From Candidatus Poribacteria bacterium (GTDB taxonomy: Bacteria > Poribacteria > WGA-4E > WGA-3G), in the NCBI GenBank assembly GCA_965214095.1, contig OZ243938.1:1216001-1280000 (forward strand): DNA of 64,000 nucleotides. Reading direction: 5' to 3'. Below, one piece after another: positions 60,540-64,000 of this stretch; position 1 is the stretch's first letter; each line of letters opens with the position of its first letter. The notes under the pieces were generated by a model, which had not been told where the DNA came from, ran no database searches, and saw only the letters and a program-made list of their open reading frames with translations. The position numbers and the translations under genes are program-made.

Positions 60540-62379
60540 TGACCCATCCGATCTGAAGAATCTAAATGTAAATGAACTCAAAACGCTTGCCGATGAGATG
60601 CGGACACACATGTTGACTGTCCTTTCTGAGCATCCTGGGCACTTCGCACCAAATTTTGGTACGGTTGAACTTGCGATAGCAGTCCACACTGTTTTTGACA
60701 CACCACGAGATAAAGTAATCTGGGATATTGGTCATCAAGCCTACCCTCACAAACTGTTGACAGGTCGGTTAGATGCATTTGAAACTTTGCGTCAAACTGA
60801 TGGAATGAGCGGGTTCTTAAGTCGAGAAGAGAGCAAATATGATGTATTTGGAGCCGGACATTCCAGTACATCTATTTCTGCTGCTTTGGGAATTGCCGCT
60901 GCACGAGATGTCAACAATGATGATTTCAAAGTGTTAGCGATTATTGGAGATGGTGGTCTGACTGGTGGCATGGCACTTGAAGGTTTGAACGCTGCTGGTG
61001 ACTTTAAAAAGGATATGCTTGTTATCCTGAACGACAACCAAATGTCAATCTCACCAACTATCGGAGCAATCTCAAAACATTTTCACAAATTGATCAGCTC
61101 CAAGGGTTACAATAAGCTTCGATCGGGGGCAAAGGAATTGATGAATTTCATATCCTCCGATGCTAAAGCCCTTGCGCAGAAAATTGAAGCATCGCTTAAA
61201 CCAGGAACACTCTTTGAGGAATTCGGATTCCGATATTTCGGTCCGCTTGATGGCAATGATTTAGAAACACTGATACCAGTCTTAACCGGTATTCGCGAGT
61301 TAACAGGACCGATATTAATTCATGTCGTTACCAAAAAAGGTTTGGGATTTAAACCTGCTGAAGAGGATCCTATCGGGTTCTATAGTGTAAGTGGTCGGTT
61401 TGATTTAAAAACTGGTAAATCGCTGCGACCATCATCTGCAGTTCCTAAGTATACCGATGTTTTCAGTCGTACTCTTATTGAAGCAGCGAAACAGGACTCT
61501 CGGATAATTGGTGTAACTGCTGCCATGCCGGGTGGTACGGGTTTGGATAAATTCGGTGACGCTTTTCCTGACAGATGTTTTGATGTGGGTTTGGCGGAAC
61601 AGTGTGCTGTTACCTTTGCTGCTGGACTTGCTACAGAAGGTCTAAAACCGGTTGTTGCTATCTATTCAACCTTCCTTCAACGAGGCTATGACCAGGTACT
61701 GCATGATGTCTGTATTCAGAATTTACCAGTAATCTTCGCACTTGACCGTGCTGGACTTGTGGGTGCAGATGGTCCAACACATCACGGTGTTTTTGATATT
61801 GCCTTTTTGCGTTCCATACCAAACATTGTTTCTATGGCACCAAAAGATGAAAATGAATTACAAAGGATGTTGAAGACCGCATTGAACCACGATGAAGGTC
61901 CTATAGCACTACGTTATCCTCGAGGAACTGGTATCGGAGTTAAGTTAGATGCTGAACCTAAACCACTTCCTATAGGCAAGGCTGAAATTTGTCGTGAAGG
62001 CGATGACCTATTAATATTGGCATTAGGTAATCGAGTCTATCCCGCACTTGAAGCAGCAAAGACACTCAGTGATACAGGAATTGAATCTACTGTTGTGAAT
62101 GCACGGTTTATAAAACCTTTGGATACAACGTTGATCTTAGACTTAGCAAAACAAATTGGTAAAATCATAACCGTAGAAGATGGAGTATTAATGGGTGGCT
62201 TCGGAAGTGCTGTGCTTGAAACACTTGCTAATGCGGGGATTACAAATGTTCGTGTTACTACACTCGGTGTAACTGATCGATTTGTTGAACATGGAGATGT
62301 AACTACTTTGTATGAACGTTATGGTGTTGATACACAAGCGATTATTCGAACAGGAATTACTCTCGCTGTTGGATCCTAA
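60478..62379 (+). CDS. dxs: 1-deoxy-D-xylulose-5-phosphate synthase
   Basis: WDIGHQAYPHK, GHSSTS, GDG...NDN, DVGLAEQ, DGPTHHG; true start may be 60520. Confidence 0.95.
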   Translation: MMGNRYPKMKTEYLMVLKKINDPSDLKNLNVNELKTLADEMRTHMLTVLSEHPGHFAPNFGTVELAIAVHTVFDTPRDKVIWDIGHQAYPHKLLTGRLDAFETLRQTDGMSGFLSREESKYDVFGAGHSSTSISAALGIAAARDVNNDDFKVLAIIGDGGLTGGMALEGLNAAGDFKKDMLVILNDNQMSISPTIGAISKHFHKLISSKGYNKLRSGAKELMNFISSDAKALAQKIEASLKPGTLFEEFGFRYFGPLDGNDLETLIPVLTGIRELTGPILIHVVTKKGLGFKPAEEDPIGFYSVSGRFDLKTGKSLRPSSAVPKYTDVFSRTLIEAAKQDSRIIGVTAAMPGGTGLDKFGDAFPDRCFDVGLAEQCAVTFAAGLATEGLKPVVAIYSTFLQRGYDQVLHDVCIQNLPVIFALDRAGLVGADGPTHHGVFDIAFLRSIPNIVSMAPKDENELQRMLKTALNHDEGPIALRYPRGTGIGVKLDAEPKPLPIGKAEICREGDDLLILALGNRVYPALEAAKTLSDTGIESTVVNARFIKPLDTTLILDLAKQIGKIITVEDGVLMGGFGSAVLETLANAGITNVRVTTLGVTDRFVEHGDVTTLYERYGVDTQAIIRTGITLAVGS

Positions 62380-62409
62380 TGCATACCATATCTTATCTTT
62401 CCTGTTGAT

Positions 62410-63261
62410 ATGAACATCTCTACACGAAATCAGACAAAATCAATGATGGAAAGGTTAGATATAATACTTGTTAATCGTGGTTTCGTTGCGACTCGTCAAC
62501 AAGCAAAACGTTTGATTTTGGCTGGTGCGGTTAAAGTTAACAACAATTCCCAACTCAAACCGGGACAACGTATATCCTCTGATGCAGAAATCGTAGTAGA
62601 AAAACCACCAAAATATGTCAGTAGAGGCGGATTGAAACTTGAAAAGGCGATACAACATTTTGATGTTTCCATTCAAAACAGAATTGCCTTAGACGTTGGA
62701 GCATCAACGGGTGGATTTACCGATTGCTTGCTTCAACATGGCGCAGATTTCGTCTATGCTGTTGATGTTGGTTACGGACAACTGGCATGGAAACTTCGCA
62801 AAGATACGCGGGTTCACGTAATTGATAAAACAAATATCCGCTACATTGACAATCTCATTTTTTCACATCCTCTTGAGATCGCCGTAATAGACGTTTCTTT
62901 CATCTCTTTACAGAAAGTTTTACCTGTAATACTTGATAAATTAGATGTGACTGAGGTCATAGCACTTGTAAAACCTCAGTTTGAGGCAGGTCGCGCTTTC
63001 GTGAAAAAGGGAGGAATCGTTGATAATCCAGATATACATAGAGATATACTGAATAATTTGATTGACTTTATCCAGAATGATTTGTCAACAATTACAACGG
63101 GTTTGACGTTTTCACCTATACACCGAGACATAGGAAATATTGAATATCTGCTCTGGTTACAAAAGATGCCGAATACTGAATCAGGTTCTCATTCAATAGA
63201 CTCAGAAATTATAGATGATGTAGTAAAATTAGCACATAAAGCATTTAATGGAAAAGCATAA
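62410..63261 (+). CDS. tlyA: TlyA family rRNA 2'-O-methyltransferase
   Basis: S4 domain; YVSRGGLKL, DVGASTGGFTD, DVSFISL, LVKPQFE. Confidence 0.93.
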   Translation: MNISTRNQTKSMMERLDIILVNRGFVATRQQAKRLILAGAVKVNNNSQLKPGQRISSDAEIVVEKPPKYVSRGGLKLEKAIQHFDVSIQNRIALDVGASTGGFTDCLLQHGADFVYAVDVGYGQLAWKLRKDTRVHVIDKTNIRYIDNLIFSHPLEIAVIDVSFISLQKVLPVILDKLDVTEVIALVKPQFEAGRAFVKKGGIVDNPDIHRDILNNLIDFIQNDLSTITTGLTFSPIHRDIGNIEYLLWLQKMPNTESGSHSIDSEIIDDVVKLAHKAFNGKA

Positions 63262-63279
63262 AGAACATAAAACAAAACG

Positions 63280-64000
63280 ATGACTCGCAGAAAGATACTA
63301 TTCATATCAATTCCAGTATTCCTACTACTGTGTGGCATATTTGGATATCTTTTTATCAGTTCAGAAGGTTTTCTTGATTCTTACATTAAAGAACGGCTTA
63401 TACAAGCATTACAAGAGCAAATCAATAAAAATTATGAAGTCAAAATTGAGAAATTACGTGGTAATGTACTGATAGGTGTTGAAATTGAGAATCTATCCAT
63501 CAATAAAAAAGAATCCGATCTTCCTCCAATTCTGTCAACAAAAAAAGCACTCTTCAAATATCACATTTTCCCATTATTGAGACGTAACTTTCTTGTGTCA
63601 GAGTTGGTGATTGACTCACCGATTGTAAATGCCGTACGTATTTCTGATGGAGATTTGAACCTAACACAGATGTTGCAAAAGACTACATCAGAAACTAAAC
63701 CAGATACAAATCGTGATTTTGCATTTTCGGTGGCACATATAACTCTAAATGGGGGTTCTGTCCTGTATTCTGATTCACAGCAAAATCTAAAACTGAACTT
63801 ACCGGATATTACCTTCAATTTGGAAGGTTCACTTGAGGAGTGGGATCATACTGGCAATTTTTCTATTGGGAAAGGGCATGTCAAGATAAACGAATCTGAG
63901 ATCCCAATTGAACAATTAGAGAATATGAAGTTTGCCATATCAAAACAGAGTAGTAGATTGTCTAATAAATTGATGCTTAAGATAGGAAATTCATTGATAA
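63280..64000 (+). CDS. AsmA/TamB-like protein N-terminus (runs off window)
   Basis: Open frame MTRRKILFISIPVFLLLCG...; N-terminal TM followed by an AsmA-like pattern (LLRRNFLVSELVIDSP...DGDLNL). Confidence 0.6.
   Translation, partial: MTRRKILFISIPVFLLLCGIFGYLFISSEGFLDSYIKERLIQALQEQINKNYEVKIEKLRGNVLIGVEIENLSINKKESDLPPILSTKKALFKYHIFPLLRRNFLVSELVIDSPIVNAVRISDGDLNLTQMLQKTTSETKPDTNRDFAFSVAHITLNGGSVLYSDSQQNLKLNLPDITFNLEGSLEEWDHTGNFSIGKGHVKINESEIPIEQLENMKFAISKQSSRLSNKLMLKIGNSLI

Overview
64 kb of AT-rich bacterial chromosome, probably Candidatus Poribacteria or a relative. That assignment is inferred from secreted LamG proteins ending in 'KLATTWGKxK', several Gfo/Idh/MocA enzymes, a PhyH dioxygenase and a sialidase. 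Most of the window is housekeeping genes (mtaB, rsmE, rpe, fmt, lspA, yggT, proC, yggS, pgeF, tatAC, rpsT, rsmB, glnE, selD, pyrE, ymdB, xseAB, dxs, tlyA) and catabolic enzymes. Main points: (1) An intact 856-aa IleRS homologue at the canonical ileS position has lost the HIGH, KMSKS and editing motifs but keeps its CxxC sites, making it a candidate repurposed pseudo-synthetase. (2) Two apparently identical 1042-bp IS5-family elements have an ATT start and a T8 frameshift. One splits a perfect sigma70 promoter, the other splits a small membrane gene, and both lie 17-18 bp after TTGACA. (3) A dispersed family of short inverted-repeat-bounded elements carries different GTAG-type REP hairpins. (4) selD is a selenoprotein with an in-frame UGA. 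(5) There is an ECF sigma / degenerate-FHA / TPR-peptidase locus with a solitary IS200/IS605-like end. (6) fmt is frameshifted, a macAB-like operon survives only as a deletion scar, and one M28 peptidase looks catalytically eroded. No rRNA, tRNA or CRISPR array was seen.
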